A stretch of 64,000 nucleotides of DNA, taken from contig CBEVQO010000001.1 in assembly GCA_965552055.1 (NCBI GenBank), positions 128,001-192,000 of the forward strand, written 5' to 3'. Numbering within the stretch: the stretch's first letter is position 1; each line of letters begins with the position of its first letter. Positions 9,896-20,212 of the stretch are shown here, in pieces. The notes beneath the pieces were generated by a model. The model made no database searches. It saw only the letters and a program-made list of their open reading frames with translations, and was not told where the DNA came from. The DNA is from an uncultured bacterium (GTDB lineage: Bacteria; Hydrothermota; UBA3073; NMUJ01; CBEVQO01). The position numbers and the translations under genes were made by a program.

Positions 9896-10306
9896 ATGCA
9901 AATGATGGTTGAGCGTAAATGGTATCTGGTTGATGCGGAGGGCAAGGTTCTGGGGAGGTTGGCGTCAGAAATTGCCCGCATTTTACAGGGCAAGCACAAG
10001 CCAGAATATGCTCCTCATAAAGATGTCGGTGATTTTGTAATCTGTGTAAATGCTGAAAAGGTTGTTTTAACAGGAAAGAAGTTAAAGCAAAAATATTATA
10101 CAAAATATTCGGGATATCCAGGTGGTTTAAAAATAATTCCTCTTGAGAAGTTAATGGAGAAGAAGCCCGAGTGGGTCATCTGGCATGCGGTTAAGGGTAT
10201 GCTTCCCAAGAATAAGCTTGGCAGGAGGATGATAAAAAGGTTAAAGGTTTACAGGGGTCCCGAACATCCCCATCATGCTCAGAAGCCTGAGAAGATTGAG
10301 ATATAG
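9896..10306 (+). CDS. rplM: 50S ribosomal protein L13
   Basis: [29 protein letters not shown]. Confidence 0.98.
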   Translation: MQMMVERKWYLVDAEGKVLGRLASEIARILQGKHKPEYAPHKDVGDFVICVNAEKVVLTGKKLKQKYYTKYSGYPGGLKIIPLEKLMEKKPEWVIWHAVKGMLPKNKLGRRMIKRLKVYRGPEHPHHAQKPEKIEI

Positions 10307-10314
10307 GGGGTGAG

Positions 10315-10707
10315 ATGTCTGCGGAGTTTATACATGCAGTAGGCAAAAGGAAGACAGCTACTGCGAGAGTCTGGCTAAAACCCGGCACCGGCAAAATTAA
10401 AATAAACAAAAAAGACCCATTAACATATTTTAAAAGGGAAGACCTTGTAAAGGATATGCTTACTCCGCTTTATCTCACCGGGTTGCAGGATAAGGTTGAT
10501 GTTATGGTGCTCGTATCAGGAGGAGGGCTATCTGGTCAGGCAGGTGCAGTTCGCCATGGTATCGCAAGAGCATTGTTGAAATTTAATCCGGACTTAAAGG
10601 ATATATTAAGGGAATATGGGTTATTGACGAGAGATGCCCGAAAGAAAGAAAGAAGGAAATATGGCAGGGTTAAAGCGAGGAAATCGCCTCAATGGACAAA
10701 GAGATGA
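10315..10707 (+). CDS. rpsI: 30S ribosomal protein S9
   Basis: GKRKTATARV, GGGLSGQAGAVRHGIARAL, PQWTKR. Confidence 0.98.
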   Translation: MSAEFIHAVGKRKTATARVWLKPGTGKIKINKKDPLTYFKREDLVKDMLTPLYLTGLQDKVDVMVLVSGGGLSGQAGAVRHGIARALLKFNPDLKDILREYGLLTRDARKKERRKYGRVKARKSPQWTKR

Positions 10708-11402
10708 GGGAAGTTACTCTTAAAGATTTATTTGAGGCTGGTGCACATTTTGGTCACAAGCGCGAAGCATGGCATCCTGCTATGAAAAAATACATACTCG
10801 CTGATAAGAGCGGAATACATATAATTGATATTGAAAAGACACTCGAATTGTTGAAGAAAGCAGGAGAATTTGTGAAAGAGAAGGCAAGCAAGGGTGCAGA
10901 ATTCTTATTTGTTGGTACAAAACAGCAAATCAAAGAGGTGATAAAAGAAGAAGCAAAAAGATGCGGAGCACATTATGTTACAGAAAGATGGCTCGGTGGT
11001 ACTCTTACAAATTTTGAAACGATTAAAAAGAGTATAGCAAATCTTAAAGAAATGGAAAGGATGAAAGAAGAAGGGGAATATGATAAATTATCCAAGAAAG
11101 AGAAAGTTAGATTTGATAAAAAACTTGCAAAATTACAGAGAATATTGCAGGGGATCAGGGATATGGAACGCTTACCCGATGTTGTATTCATTGCGGATAT
11201 CAGAAGAGAAGGTGTTGCATTGAGAGAATGTCAGAAATTGGGAATTCCTGTTGTTGCGATAATTGATACAAATGCCGACCCAAGGGAGGTTCAATATCCC
11301 ATACCTGCGAATGATGATGCGATAAAATCCGTTCAAATAATAACAAGTTACATTGCAGATGCAATAATTGAAGGTAGAGGTCTGGCAGAAAAGGGAGCTT
11401 AA
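10704..11402 (+). CDS. rpsB: 30S ribosomal protein S2
   Basis: [28 protein letters not shown] overlap with rpsI. Confidence 0.98.
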   Translation: MREVTLKDLFEAGAHFGHKREAWHPAMKKYILADKSGIHIIDIEKTLELLKKAGEFVKEKASKGAEFLFVGTKQQIKEVIKEEAKRCGAHYVTERWLGGTLTNFETIKKSIANLKEMERMKEEGEYDKLSKKEKVRFDKKLAKLQRILQGIRDMERLPDVVFIADIRREGVALRECQKLGIPVVAIIDTNADPREVQYPIPANDDAIKSVQIITSYIADAIIEGRGLAEKGA

Positions 11403-11403
11403 A

Positions 11404-11997
11404 ATGAAGGTAGATATTGAATTAATAAAAGAATTGAGGAAAAGGACAGGAGCAGGAGTTGTTGACTGTAAGAAGGCGCTTGAGAAAACAGGTGGTGATA
11501 TCGAAAAAGCAATAGAGGAACTTCGTAAGATGGGTGTTGCAAAAGCTGTTAAGAAAATGAGCAGGGAAACCACGCAGGGGATAATAGATGCATACATTCA
11601 TGTTGGCAACAGGATAGGAGTACTTGTGGAATTAAATTGTGAAACAGATTTCACTGCCCGCACAGAAGAATTTAAAAAGTTAGCACACGAGATAGCCAAA
11701 CAGATAGCTGCTATGAACCCCAAATGGATATCCCGTGAAGATGTTCCAAAGGAAATAATTGAAAAAGAGAAAAAGATTTATGAGGAACAGGCAAAGAGAG
11801 AAGGGAAACCCGAAAAAGCCATCCCCCGCATAGTTGAAGGAAGATTGGAGAAATTTTTCAAAGAAAATTGCCTGCTTGAACAACCATATATCTGGAATGA
11901 GAAAATAACGATTGATGAATTGATAAAAGAGCACATTTCAAAATTTAGTGAAAATATTAAAGTAAAGCGATTCGTCAGATTTGAAGTCGGGGAGTAA
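11404..11997 (+). CDS. tsf: Elongation factor Ts (short ~197-aa type)
   Basis: [27 protein letters not shown]. Confidence 0.97.
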   Translation: MKVDIELIKELRKRTGAGVVDCKKALEKTGGDIEKAIEELRKMGVAKAVKKMSRETTQGIIDAYIHVGNRIGVLVELNCETDFTARTEEFKKLAHEIAKQIAAMNPKWISREDVPKEIIEKEKKIYEEQAKREGKPEKAIPRIVEGRLEKFFKENCLLEQPYIWNEKITIDELIKEHISKFSENIKVKRFVRFEVGE

Positions 11998-12709
11998 TCT
12001 CAAAAGAATAATCCTGAAAATAAGTGGAGAGCTGTTTAAGGGTGAAGATAGTTCGCTTAATATTCCTTTTATAGAGGAATTTGCAAGGGAGCTCGTTGAA
12101 GCCAAAAATTTGGGGATAGAGCTTGCTGTTCTGGTGGGCGGAGGTAATTTTTTCAGAGGCGAGAAATTATCAAAAGAGTTCGCTTTACCACAATTAATGC
12201 TCGATTATGCAGGCACTCTGTCAACCGTGATAAATGGAATTATTTTAATGTCAATATTTGAAAAAATGGGACAAAATTCAAGAGTTTTAAATGCATATAA
12301 AATAGGTGAATTTATAGAGCAGTATGAACCAAAGCATGCCATATCTTATCTTGAAGGGGGCGATATCGTTATATTAACAGGTGGACTCGGTATACCCTTT
12401 ATCACAACAGATACTGCCACAGCATTAAGGGGAATAGAACTCGGTGTAGATATAGTTTTAAAGGGCACGAAGGTCGAAGGAGTTTATGATGCAGACCCCA
12501 TGGAAAATCCAGATGCAAAATTTTATCGCAAAATAAGTTATGAAGAAGTTTTAAGAAATAAACTCGGAATTATGGATTTGACGGCAGTTACACTTTGTAT
12601 GAAAAAAAGAATACCTATAAGGGTTTTTAATTTTAAAGAAAGAGGGAATTTAATTAAAATTTTAAAAGGCAAGGATATAGGAACCTTTATAGGGGGTGAA
12701 GATGAATGA
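11981..12709 (+). CDS. pyrH: UMP kinase
   Basis: [30 protein letters not shown]. Confidence 0.96.
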   Translation: MKSGSNLKRIILKISGELFKGEDSSLNIPFIEEFARELVEAKNLGIELAVLVGGGNFFRGEKLSKEFALPQLMLDYAGTLSTVINGIILMSIFEKMGQNSRVLNAYKIGEFIEQYEPKHAISYLEGGDIVILTGGLGIPFITTDTATALRGIELGVDIVLKGTKVEGVYDADPMENPDAKFYRKISYEEVLRNKLGIMDLTAVTLCMKKRIPIRVFNFKERGNLIKILKGKDIGTFIGGEDE

Positions 12710-13259
12710 GGAAGTTATAAAAGATATAATAAAAGAGGCAGAAAAAAAGATGGAGAAGTCGGTTGAATTTGTGAAAAAGGAGCTAATGAGGATAAGGGCG
12801 GGCGAAGGCAATCCTGGCATGCTTGAAGGCATAAAAGTAGAAGCTTACGATACTGTTCTGCCATTGAATCAGGTAGCATCGATTGTTTGCCCTGAGCCCC
12901 GTCTTATAGTTATTAAACCATGGGATAAAACTATCTTGCCAAACATCAAAAAAGCGATAATGAAAAGTGACCTTGGAATCACACCTGTAGAGGATGGAAA
13001 TGCCCTTAAATTGCCGATACCGCCTTTGACCGACGAGAGAAGGAAAGAACTTATAAAGATGGTGAAAAAAATAGTTGAAGAAGGTAAAGTATCCATAAGA
13101 AATATAAGGCGTGATGCCATCGAAAAGATAAAAGAATTAGAGCATGTATCCGAGGATGATATAAAACGAGGAGAAAAAGAAGTTCAGAAGAAGACAGATG
13201 AATACATAGAAAAACTGGATGAACTTTTTGAAAAGAAAGCAAAAGAAATAGAAAGTTGA
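12702..13259 (+). CDS. frr: Ribosome recycling factor
   Basis: IRAG, PPLTDERRKEL, IRNIRRDA. Confidence 0.97.
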   Translation: MNEEVIKDIIKEAEKKMEKSVEFVKKELMRIRAGEGNPGMLEGIKVEAYDTVLPLNQVASIVCPEPRLIVIKPWDKTILPNIKKAIMKSDLGITPVEDGNALKLPIPPLTDERRKELIKMVKKIVEEGKVSIRNIRRDAIEKIKELEHVSEDDIKRGEKEVQKKTDEYIEKLDELFEKKAKEIES

Positions 13260-13981
13260 AAGAGATAGACCTTGAAAAATACGGAATTGACCCTAAGAAT
13301 CTTCCCCGTCATATTGCTATAATAATGGATGGTAATGGGAGATGGGCGAAAAAGAGGGGCTTGCCACGGGTTGAAGGTCACAGGAAAGGAGTTGAATCTG
13401 TTCGCGATATTGTGGAATCATGTGGAGTAATAGGGATAAAGCAGTTAACACTTTATACCTTTTCGGAAGAAAACTGGTATAGACCCAAACCCGAAGTAAT
13501 TGCATTGATGAAGTTGCTTAACGAATTGCTCGATAAAGAATTGCCAGAGTTTATGGAGAATAATGTAAAAGTATCTTTTATCGGCAGGATTTATAAACTT
13601 CCAAGGTCTTTACAGCGAAAGATAAGGAAAGTGGAAGAAGCAACCGGGAAAAATACGGGTTTACATTTGATACTTGCGATAAGCTATGGTGGTAGAGATG
13701 AAATAATAGATGCGGTTAATAAAATAATAGAAGCAGGATTGAGGAAAGTTAACGAACGAATTTTCAGAAAGTATTTGTATCTGCCGGAGATGGAAGACCC
13801 TGATTTGCTCATAAGGACAGGTGGAGAGATGAGGGTTTCGAACTTTTTACTTTATCAAATTGCTTACACCGAGCTATGGGTTACAGATGTCTTATGGCCT
13901 GATTTTCGCACCGAACATTTATTACAGGCAATAAGGGATTATCAAAAGAGAGAAAGGAGATTCGGGAGGGTTCTTGAGTGA
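13256..13981 (+). CDS. uppS: Undecaprenyl-diphosphate synthase
   Basis: HIAIIMDGNGRWA, FSEENW.RP, RTGGEMRVSNFLL. Confidence 0.97.
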   Translation: MKEIDLEKYGIDPKNLPRHIAIIMDGNGRWAKKRGLPRVEGHRKGVESVRDIVESCGVIGIKQLTLYTFSEENWYRPKPEVIALMKLLNELLDKELPEFMENNVKVSFIGRIYKLPRSLQRKIRKVEEATGKNTGLHLILAISYGGRDEIIDAVNKIIEAGLRKVNERIFRKYLYLPEMEDPDLLIRTGGEMRVSNFLLYQIAYTELWVTDVLWPDFRTEHLLQAIRDYQKRERRFGRVLE

Positions 13982-14870
13982 GCTTTCAAAAAGGATAATA
14001 ACTGCTGTTATTTTTTTGCCTGTACTGGTATGTCTTGCTACTATCGGCAGGATTTATTATGTGATACTGGTTGAAATAGGGATAATACTCGGCACTTATG
14101 AATTTTTCAAAATACTTGAAGCAAGGGGCTTACAGCCCTATAAGAAGCTCGGTATACTGGCAGGGGTATTGCTTGGTCTAGTTTGCTATTACAAGAGTTA
14201 TATCTTTACCATGTTCGTTTTGACATGTTTGATTCTTGTTCTATCTGTTTCCGAGCTTACCCGTAAGAAGGTTGAGCATGCTATTTATCACATGTCTGGT
14301 ACAGTCTTCGGTATGCTTTATGTATCGTGGCTGTTCAGTCACCTGATACTTTTGCGTGAGATACCCAAATTTTTGCATTATAGATTTGATTATGATATGG
14401 GTATAAGTTTTTCCCTTTTACCCTTTTTAATAGCATGGATAAATGACACATTTGCATATTTTGGTGGGAGGCGATATGGCAGGAATCCTCTTTTTCCGCG
14501 CGTAAGTCCGAAGAAGACATGGGAAGGTGCCATCACAGGTGCATTAAGTGTTTTGATTACCCTGTTTTTAATCAAATGGATATCGGGTTGCGGAAGCGGT
14601 CAGGAGCTTTCGTTGAAATTTTTAACCTCTTTTTATCACCTTTTCAGATACTATTTAACATGGTATGATTGCGTTATTCTCGGTATTTTCGGTCCTTTAC
14701 TTGCGGTAGTGGGTGACCTAGTTGAATCTCTTCTAAAGCGCGATGCTTCGCTAAAAGATGCTTCAAAGATAATACCAGGACACGGTGGCATACTTGATAG
14801 ATTTGATAGTATACTTTTTGTAGCTCCATTTGTTTATTATTATTTGAGATTTGTTGTTTTACAGAGATGA
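13974..14870 (+). CDS. cdsA: Phosphatidate cytidylyltransferase
   Basis: SPKKTWEG, GDLVESLLKRDA..KD...IPGHGGILDRFDS. Confidence 0.96.
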   Translation: MSELSKRIITAVIFLPVLVCLATIGRIYYVILVEIGIILGTYEFFKILEARGLQPYKKLGILAGVLLGLVCYYKSYIFTMFVLTCLILVLSVSELTRKKVEHAIYHMSGTVFGMLYVSWLFSHLILLREIPKFLHYRFDYDMGISFSLLPFLIAWINDTFAYFGGRRYGRNPLFPRVSPKKTWEGAITGALSVLITLFLIKWISGCGSGQELSLKFLTSFYHLFRYYLTWYDCVILGIFGPLLAVVGDLVESLLKRDASLKDASKIIPGHGGILDRFDSILFVAPFVYYYLRFVVLQR

Positions 14871-16003
14871 AGAGGATAGTTGTAATGGGTTCAACGGGTA
14901 CTGTGGGAAAATTGACACTTGAAGTTGTGAAAAATTTAAAAGACTTTGAGGTAGTGGGCTTAATTACTTACAGGAATGTTGATGCTCTTCTTGAGCAATA
15001 CAAGTTTTTTCGTCCCGGTTTTTTATGTGTGATAGATAAAAAAGCATTTGAAAAAATAAAGGATATAGATGCGAATGTTTATGCAGGTAAGGAAGGAGTT
15101 TTATCTGCGATAGATGAACATGATTTTGATATCGTTGTAAATGCACTTTCAGGTACTGTTTCGGTGGAGCCCACTTTAAAAGCAATAAAAAAGAAGAAAA
15201 GAATTGCGATTTCAAATAAAGAGATAATAGTTGCTTATGGCGAAATAATAATGAGAGAGGCTCAAAAGGAAAATGTTGAAATAATTCCCGTGGACAGCGA
15301 ACATTCTGCTATCTTCCAGTGTTTATACGGTAGGAGGAAAGAAGATGTGAAAAAGGTTATTTTAACAGCTTCAGGTGGACCTTTTTTCCGTGAAGGACTC
15401 AGAGAAGATATAACCCCTGAAGAAGCGCTTTCGCATCCTGTCTGGAAAATGGGGAAAAAGATAACAATAGACTCCGCTACACTTATGAATAAAGCGCTTG
15501 AAATAATAGAAGCAAATAGATTATTTTCACTCCCTCACAATAAAATTAAAGTGTTGATTCATCCCCAGGCTGTAATCCATTCTTTTGTGGAATTTATCGA
15601 TAATTCCGTTTTAGCACAGCTATCCTATCCCGATATGCGATTACCCATACAATATGCTTTGACGCATCCAAAAAGAGAGATTTCACTCGCTAAATCGCTT
15701 GATTTTTCAAAAATCAAAAATCTTGAATTTTATGAACCTGACACCGATAAGTTTCCTGCCCTTAACCTCGCGTATTACGCGCTTAAAGAAGGCGGGACTA
15801 TGCCAGCAGTGTTAAATACGGCAGATGAAGTTTGTGTGAGAGCATTTTTGCAAAGAAAAATTAAAATAACGGATATCACAAAAATAGTGGAAAAAATAAT
15901 GCAAAAGCATAAGACTATAAAAAATCCAGGTCTTGAAGATATTAAAGAAGCTGAAAAATGGACAGAAATTGAGGCAAAGAAAGAGATAGAAAAATGTTCA
16001 TAA
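14867..16003 (+). CDS. dxr: 1-deoxy-D-xylulose-5-phosphate reductoisomerase
   Basis: GSTGTVG, PVDSEHSAIFQ, LTASGGPF, WKMGKKITIDSAT. Confidence 0.96.
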   Translation: MKRIVVMGSTGTVGKLTLEVVKNLKDFEVVGLITYRNVDALLEQYKFFRPGFLCVIDKKAFEKIKDIDANVYAGKEGVLSAIDEHDFDIVVNALSGTVSVEPTLKAIKKKKRIAISNKEIIVAYGEIIMREAQKENVEIIPVDSEHSAIFQCLYGRRKEDVKKVILTASGGPFFREGLREDITPEEALSHPVWKMGKKITIDSATLMNKALEIIEANRLFSLPHNKIKVLIHPQAVIHSFVEFIDNSVLAQLSYPDMRLPIQYALTHPKREISLAKSLDFSKIKNLEFYEPDTDKFPALNLAYYALKEGGTMPAVLNTADEVCVRAFLQRKIKITDITKIVEKIMQKHKTIKNPGLEDIKEAEKWTEIEAKKEIEKCS

Positions 16004-17256
16004 TATTTTTAATAATTACGATTGTGAGTATAGGTTTTTTGATTCTGGTGCATGAATTTGGTCATTACCTTGTTGCGAAATTATCGGGGATAAAAGTAGA
16101 GACATTTTCGATAGGATTTGGACCTTCGATTCTTCAATTTGAAAAAGGCGAAACTTTATATAAAATCGGGTTAGTTCCTCTTGGTGGTTATGTAAAGCTA
16201 TCCGGGTTAAATCCCTCTGAAAAGAGAGGAGAATCCTATGAATTTCGTTCGAAGCCTTATTATGTTAGATTCCTGACAGTGCTGGCTGGTCCTTTATTCA
16301 ATGTGCTTGCGAGTATTTTTGTGCTTATTATACTTTATTCTTTCGTTGGAGTTTCTACATTCTCTGGAAGACAGGTTAAATCCTCTAAGACAGGCAAATT
16401 GAAATACGGAGACGAAATAATTGAAGTGGATGGTAAAAAAGTAGAAGACTGGTACGATGTTGAATTTTATCTCCATGATGATGAGAGTTCTTTTGTCAAA
16501 GTAATAAGGGATAGCGATACCATTGGGCTTTTTCTTTACAGGGACAAAGGCGATTATGATATTTCGCCGCTTATACCTGTTGTTATTGGGCGTGTTTTTG
16601 GTGAGCCTGCTTTGAAAGCTGGTTTAAAAAGCGGGGCAAAGATTTTGAAGGTCGGGGATAAGGAGATAAAGGACTATATGGATTTCAGGGATATTATAAT
16701 AAAAAATCCGGGTGAAACTTTAACTGTTATCTTTGAGAAAGGAAGAATCTGCACAACACAACTGGTTGTGGGCAGGAAAAAGATTCTTGAAGATAACACC
16801 GAAAAGGAAATAGGATTCATCGGTATATCCGTAGCGGTGTCAAAGAAGAAATTTGGCTTAATGGGTATTAAGAAATCTGTAGAAGTTACATTTTCCACAA
16901 TTGTATTAACTTTGAAGGTTCTTTACAAGCTTTTAAAAGGCGATATCTCGAGGAAGGCGCTAGGAGGACCCATTAGTGTTTTTCATACGGTTTTTGAGAG
17001 TGCTAAAATTGGTATAGATTATTTATTGACTATAATTGCATTTATTTCAATTCAATTGTTTATTTTAAATCTTTTGCCAATTCCTCCGCTTGATGGTGGT
17101 TATCTTTTTATCTTTTTATTCGAGAAAATAAGAAGGAAGGAGGTAACAGAAAAGGGCATGCAAATTGTCCAGCTTATAGGTCTTTCTCTTCTTATAATGC
17201 TTGTTTTGTTTGCAACGATGAACGACATTGCAAGATTTATGGGGAGGGTAAAATGA
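15994..17256 (+). CDS. rseP: RIP metalloprotease RseP
   Basis: HEFGH, PLGGYVK, PDZ region, NLLPIPPLDGG. Confidence 0.95.
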   Translation: MFIIFLIITIVSIGFLILVHEFGHYLVAKLSGIKVETFSIGFGPSILQFEKGETLYKIGLVPLGGYVKLSGLNPSEKRGESYEFRSKPYYVRFLTVLAGPLFNVLASIFVLIILYSFVGVSTFSGRQVKSSKTGKLKYGDEIIEVDGKKVEDWYDVEFYLHDDESSFVKVIRDSDTIGLFLYRDKGDYDISPLIPVVIGRVFGEPALKAGLKSGAKILKVGDKEIKDYMDFRDIIIKNPGETLTVIFEKGRICTTQLVVGRKKILEDNTEKEIGFIGISVAVSKKKFGLMGIKKSVEVTFSTIVLTLKVLYKLLKGDISRKALGGPISVFHTVFESAKIGIDYLLTIIAFISIQLFILNLLPIPPLDGGYLFIFLFEKIRRKEVTEKGMQIVQLIGLSLLIMLVLFATMNDIARFMGRVK

Positions 17257-17747
17257 AAATTTGCGTAATATCGGATACTCATGATAATCTATATGCTGTG
17301 GACGGCTTTGCGGAAAAAGTCAGGGGGAAGGTAGAGCTCATCCTGCACGCAGGTGATATTGTGGCACCTTTTGTCGTTAAGTCACTTAAGAAGGCGAATT
17401 GCAAGGTAATAGCGGTTTACGGCAATAATGATGGTGATAAATTACTGCTCAAGAAGAAATTCGAAGAGTCGGGTTTTGAGATTCATCCTCCTCCTCATAT
17501 CTTTGAAATAGGTGGCAAAAAGGTTCTTCTGATGCATTTTCCCGATTTTGTTGAAGAGATTGCGCACTCAGGTGAATTTGATTTAATAATTTATGGTCAT
17601 ACACATAAAGTAGATGTGCGTAAAATTGGTAATACCCTTATATTAAATCCCGGGGAACTGGGTGGCTGGTTGTCAGGCAAAAATACATATTGTTTGCTTG
17701 ACATTTCAACAATGTCATATAAAATAGAAGAAATAAGGAGGGGGTGA
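17253..17747 (+). CDS. YfcE/MJ0936-type metallophosphoesterase
   Basis: SDTHDN, HAGD, GNNDG, GHTH, NPG. Confidence 0.92.
   Translation: MKICVISDTHDNLYAVDGFAEKVRGKVELILHAGDIVAPFVVKSLKKANCKVIAVYGNNDGDKLLLKKKFEESGFEIHPPPHIFEIGGKKVLLMHFPDFVEEIAHSGEFDLIIYGHTHKVDVRKIGNTLILNPGELGGWLSGKNTYCLLDISTMSYKIEEIRRG
17698..17725 (+). promoter_or_regulatory. Internal promoter upstream of the Lrp-domain gene
   Basis: TTGACA(17698-17703)-N16-TAAAAT(17720-17725), then AGGAGG SD. Confidence 0.5.
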
Positions 17748-17980
17748 TGCCGACATTGGCGTTTGTGCTAATAAAAACAAAGGTGGGTAAGACAGGTAAA
17801 GTGCTGGAAGACCTGAAACAAATGAAAGAAGTGGTGGAATGCTACATGGTAACAGGTGTGTACGACATAGTTGCGAAAATAGAAGCTCCCGACCTCGAGT
17901 CACTCGGCAGAATAGTGGCTGATAAAATGCACGAAATGGAAGGAGTAACATCTACGGTGACATGTCTGGTAATTAGATGA
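17747..17980 (+). CDS. Stand-alone Lrp/AsnC ligand-binding (RAM) domain protein
   Basis: AFVLIK...VTGVYDIVAKIEA...GVTSTVT; no HTH. Confidence 0.9.
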   Translation: MPTLAFVLIKTKVGKTGKVLEDLKQMKEVVECYMVTGVYDIVAKIEAPDLESLGRIVADKMHEMEGVTSTVTCLVIR

Positions 17981-18921
17981 AAATAGAGGAAATATGTGAA
18001 CTGCAAAATAAAATAATAAGAGAACTCGAAAGATATTGTAATGGATACGAAAAAAACTTCGATAAATATTCTTTTAGACGATTATCTGGTTTACTGAAAA
18101 ACCTTAAGGGAGAAAGGGAAGAGTTAAAGCTAAAATTATGTGAATTCAACAAATACCCTGCTTTTTATAAATACTTTCTTTTGAAAATAAAAAAATATGT
18201 TGAGCAATTTTTAAAGGATTATGTAAAAGCTGTGATAGTGCATGGTAGTTTAGCGACACTTGATTTTACGGAATATAGTGATGCAGATATTTTAATGATT
18301 TTGAAAGATGAAGTAATAATGTCTGACTCAATAAAATATTTTCGTAAACATTTACAGAATTTGCTGAGAATAATATATCAATTTGATGCTTTACAGCATC
18401 ATGGTATTTTTATTTTGCCAGAAATTTATCTTGAATTCTATCCCGAAGAATATTTGCCTGTCGATACTTTAAAACACTCCGTGCTTTTGTATCCCAAAGA
18501 ATTGACGCTTTTTATTAAAAAAAGATTTTATAAGAAAATATCCGAAAAGAGATTTAAAGATGTTATTAATTTTTTGATAAATAGTCCTTTGCCTGCAGAT
18601 ATGTATAATGAAAAGAGATTTCTGAGTGCTTTTTTCCTTTTGCCTGCGCTTTACCTGAGTTGCAAAAATAAATTGATGTATAAGAAGTATTCCTTTGATG
18701 AGATAAAGAATTACTTACCGGCCGGGATATTTAAAAATGTGTCGACAGTGAGGGAAAGATGGAGAAGGTTAAGGCTACCCTGGATTTTGAGTTTATTACC
18801 TGTTAAATTTTTACCAAAGATTATACATCTGTATAGAAAAAGACAGGGTAAAGTTTTTATTTACAGGGGGATAAAGAAATATGTTGCTTTACATTTTCAC
18901 GATTGCATTAATAACGATTAG
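17977..18921 (+). CDS. Pol-beta-like nucleotidyltransferase-domain protein
   Basis: VIVHGSLATLDFTEYSDADILMIL (hGS-x-DxD); DALQHHG. Confidence 0.7.
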   Translation: MKIEEICELQNKIIRELERYCNGYEKNFDKYSFRRLSGLLKNLKGEREELKLKLCEFNKYPAFYKYFLLKIKKYVEQFLKDYVKAVIVHGSLATLDFTEYSDADILMILKDEVIMSDSIKYFRKHLQNLLRIIYQFDALQHHGIFILPEIYLEFYPEEYLPVDTLKHSVLLYPKELTLFIKKRFYKKISEKRFKDVINFLINSPLPADMYNEKRFLSAFFLLPALYLSCKNKLMYKKYSFDEIKNYLPAGIFKNVSTVRERWRRLRLPWILSLLPVKFLPKIIHLYRKRQGKVFIYRGIKKYVALHFHDCINND

Positions 18922-20212
18922 ATTTTTCACAGATACCCTTAAAATCGCTCCTCTACTGTTAAGATTTACAGATGTTTTGTTTCTAATTCCTTTTATTTTG
19001 TATTTCCTTTATCGGAAAATATGGGCAGGAGATAAACTTGAGGGCAGTGGTTTGTGGCTTTATCGCGGGATTCTGGTTTTTGCGGTTATCAGTGTAATAT
19101 CAGGGCTGTTAAATCTTTCGAGGATAAGATTGTATCCTGCGATTTTCTTTTTGTTCTTAACAACCGTTCCCTTTTTTTATTCTTTTTTAATATTGAATTC
19201 TTTTGATTATCATGTACTTGAGAAGAATTTTAAACTACTTTTATTTCTTGGCATATTGCAGATACCTGCTGGTCTTCTGGAATTTGCATATTTTGGTCCG
19301 CATGCCGATTTAATATCTGGCACATTTGGTGGCAATTGTTATCAGATGAATTTTTTCCTTTTTATTACCCTATGTGGTTTGCTTTCGTTGATTTCGATGA
19401 ATAAGAGATACTGGTATTATTTTCTCCTTTTCCCTCCTGCACTTTTTATCATATTGATGTCAGGCTTCAGGTCGATATGGGTTTTTTTCTTTATCATTAT
19501 AATAATTATAACATGCATAACAGCGTGGCATACAAGGACAAAAGTTATAGCCGTTCCGGCATTGGTGGCATTTATCGTTATAGGATTTACCATTTTTAAT
19601 TTAAAGCTCCCTGAAGCAAGGGGAAGGGATGTAGTATTCATTTTGAAGAATCCTTCAATAATACTGGAGTTCGGGAAAATAAGAGCTTTTTTAAATTTGT
19701 TTAAGATGTATAGTGATAATGCGAAGTGGCTGTTATTCGGGACAGGTCCCGGCTGTTATAATAGCAGAGCTTTCTGGATATTCTATCATTATGCCAAATC
19801 TATGAGGATTTTTCCAGTAATTGGTCCAACGGATGTTGCTCTGAAGTATGTTCTTCCGATATGGAGCACATCATTGTTATTTGTGAAATTTGGTTCTGCT
19901 ACAATTACCACTCCATGGTCAAGTTTCATCGGAATACCAGGGGAAGTGGGGATTACAGGTGCTTTGCTTTTCTTTTTCCTTTATATAAGAATTACTCACT
20001 TTGTATGGAAATGTCAAAGGTATGCTCTTAAAATAAGGGATGAGAATCTTTTTACTTTATCAACGATGGCGTTCGCAGGTATGCTCACTATCTGGTGTAT
20101 GGCAACACTCGGTAACTGGTTTGAATCAACAAGGGTTATGTTGATAGAATGGCTTTTAATTACACATTTAATAGCTGCAAAAAATAGAGGATTAATAAAA
20201 ATAAAATGCTGA
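18881..20212 (+). CDS. Wzy/O-antigen ligase-like polytopic membrane protein
   Basis: About 11-12 hydrophobic segments, SGTFGG, LFGTGPG, GEVGITG motifs. Confidence 0.65.
   Translation: MLLYIFTIALITIRFFTDTLKIAPLLLRFTDVLFLIPFILYFLYRKIWAGDKLEGSGLWLYRGILVFAVISVISGLLNLSRIRLYPAIFFLFLTTVPFFYSFLILNSFDYHVLEKNFKLLLFLGILQIPAGLLEFAYFGPHADLISGTFGGNCYQMNFFLFITLCGLLSLISMNKRYWYYFLLFPPALFIILMSGFRSIWVFFFIIIIIITCITAWHTRTKVIAVPALVAFIVIGFTIFNLKLPEARGRDVVFILKNPSIILEFGKIRAFLNLFKMYSDNAKWLLFGTGPGCYNSRAFWIFYHYAKSMRIFPVIGPTDVALKYVLPIWSTSLLFVKFGSATITTPWSSFIGIPGEVGITGALLFFFLYIRITHFVWKCQRYALKIRDENLFTLSTMAFAGMLTIWCMATLGNWFESTRVMLIEWLLITHLIAAKNRGLIKIKC

Noticed and set aside
9816..10103. 96-aa N-terminal extension of the 9141..10103 ORF
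   Set aside because: Antisense to rplM and spans two promoters; the real start fits ATG 9815.
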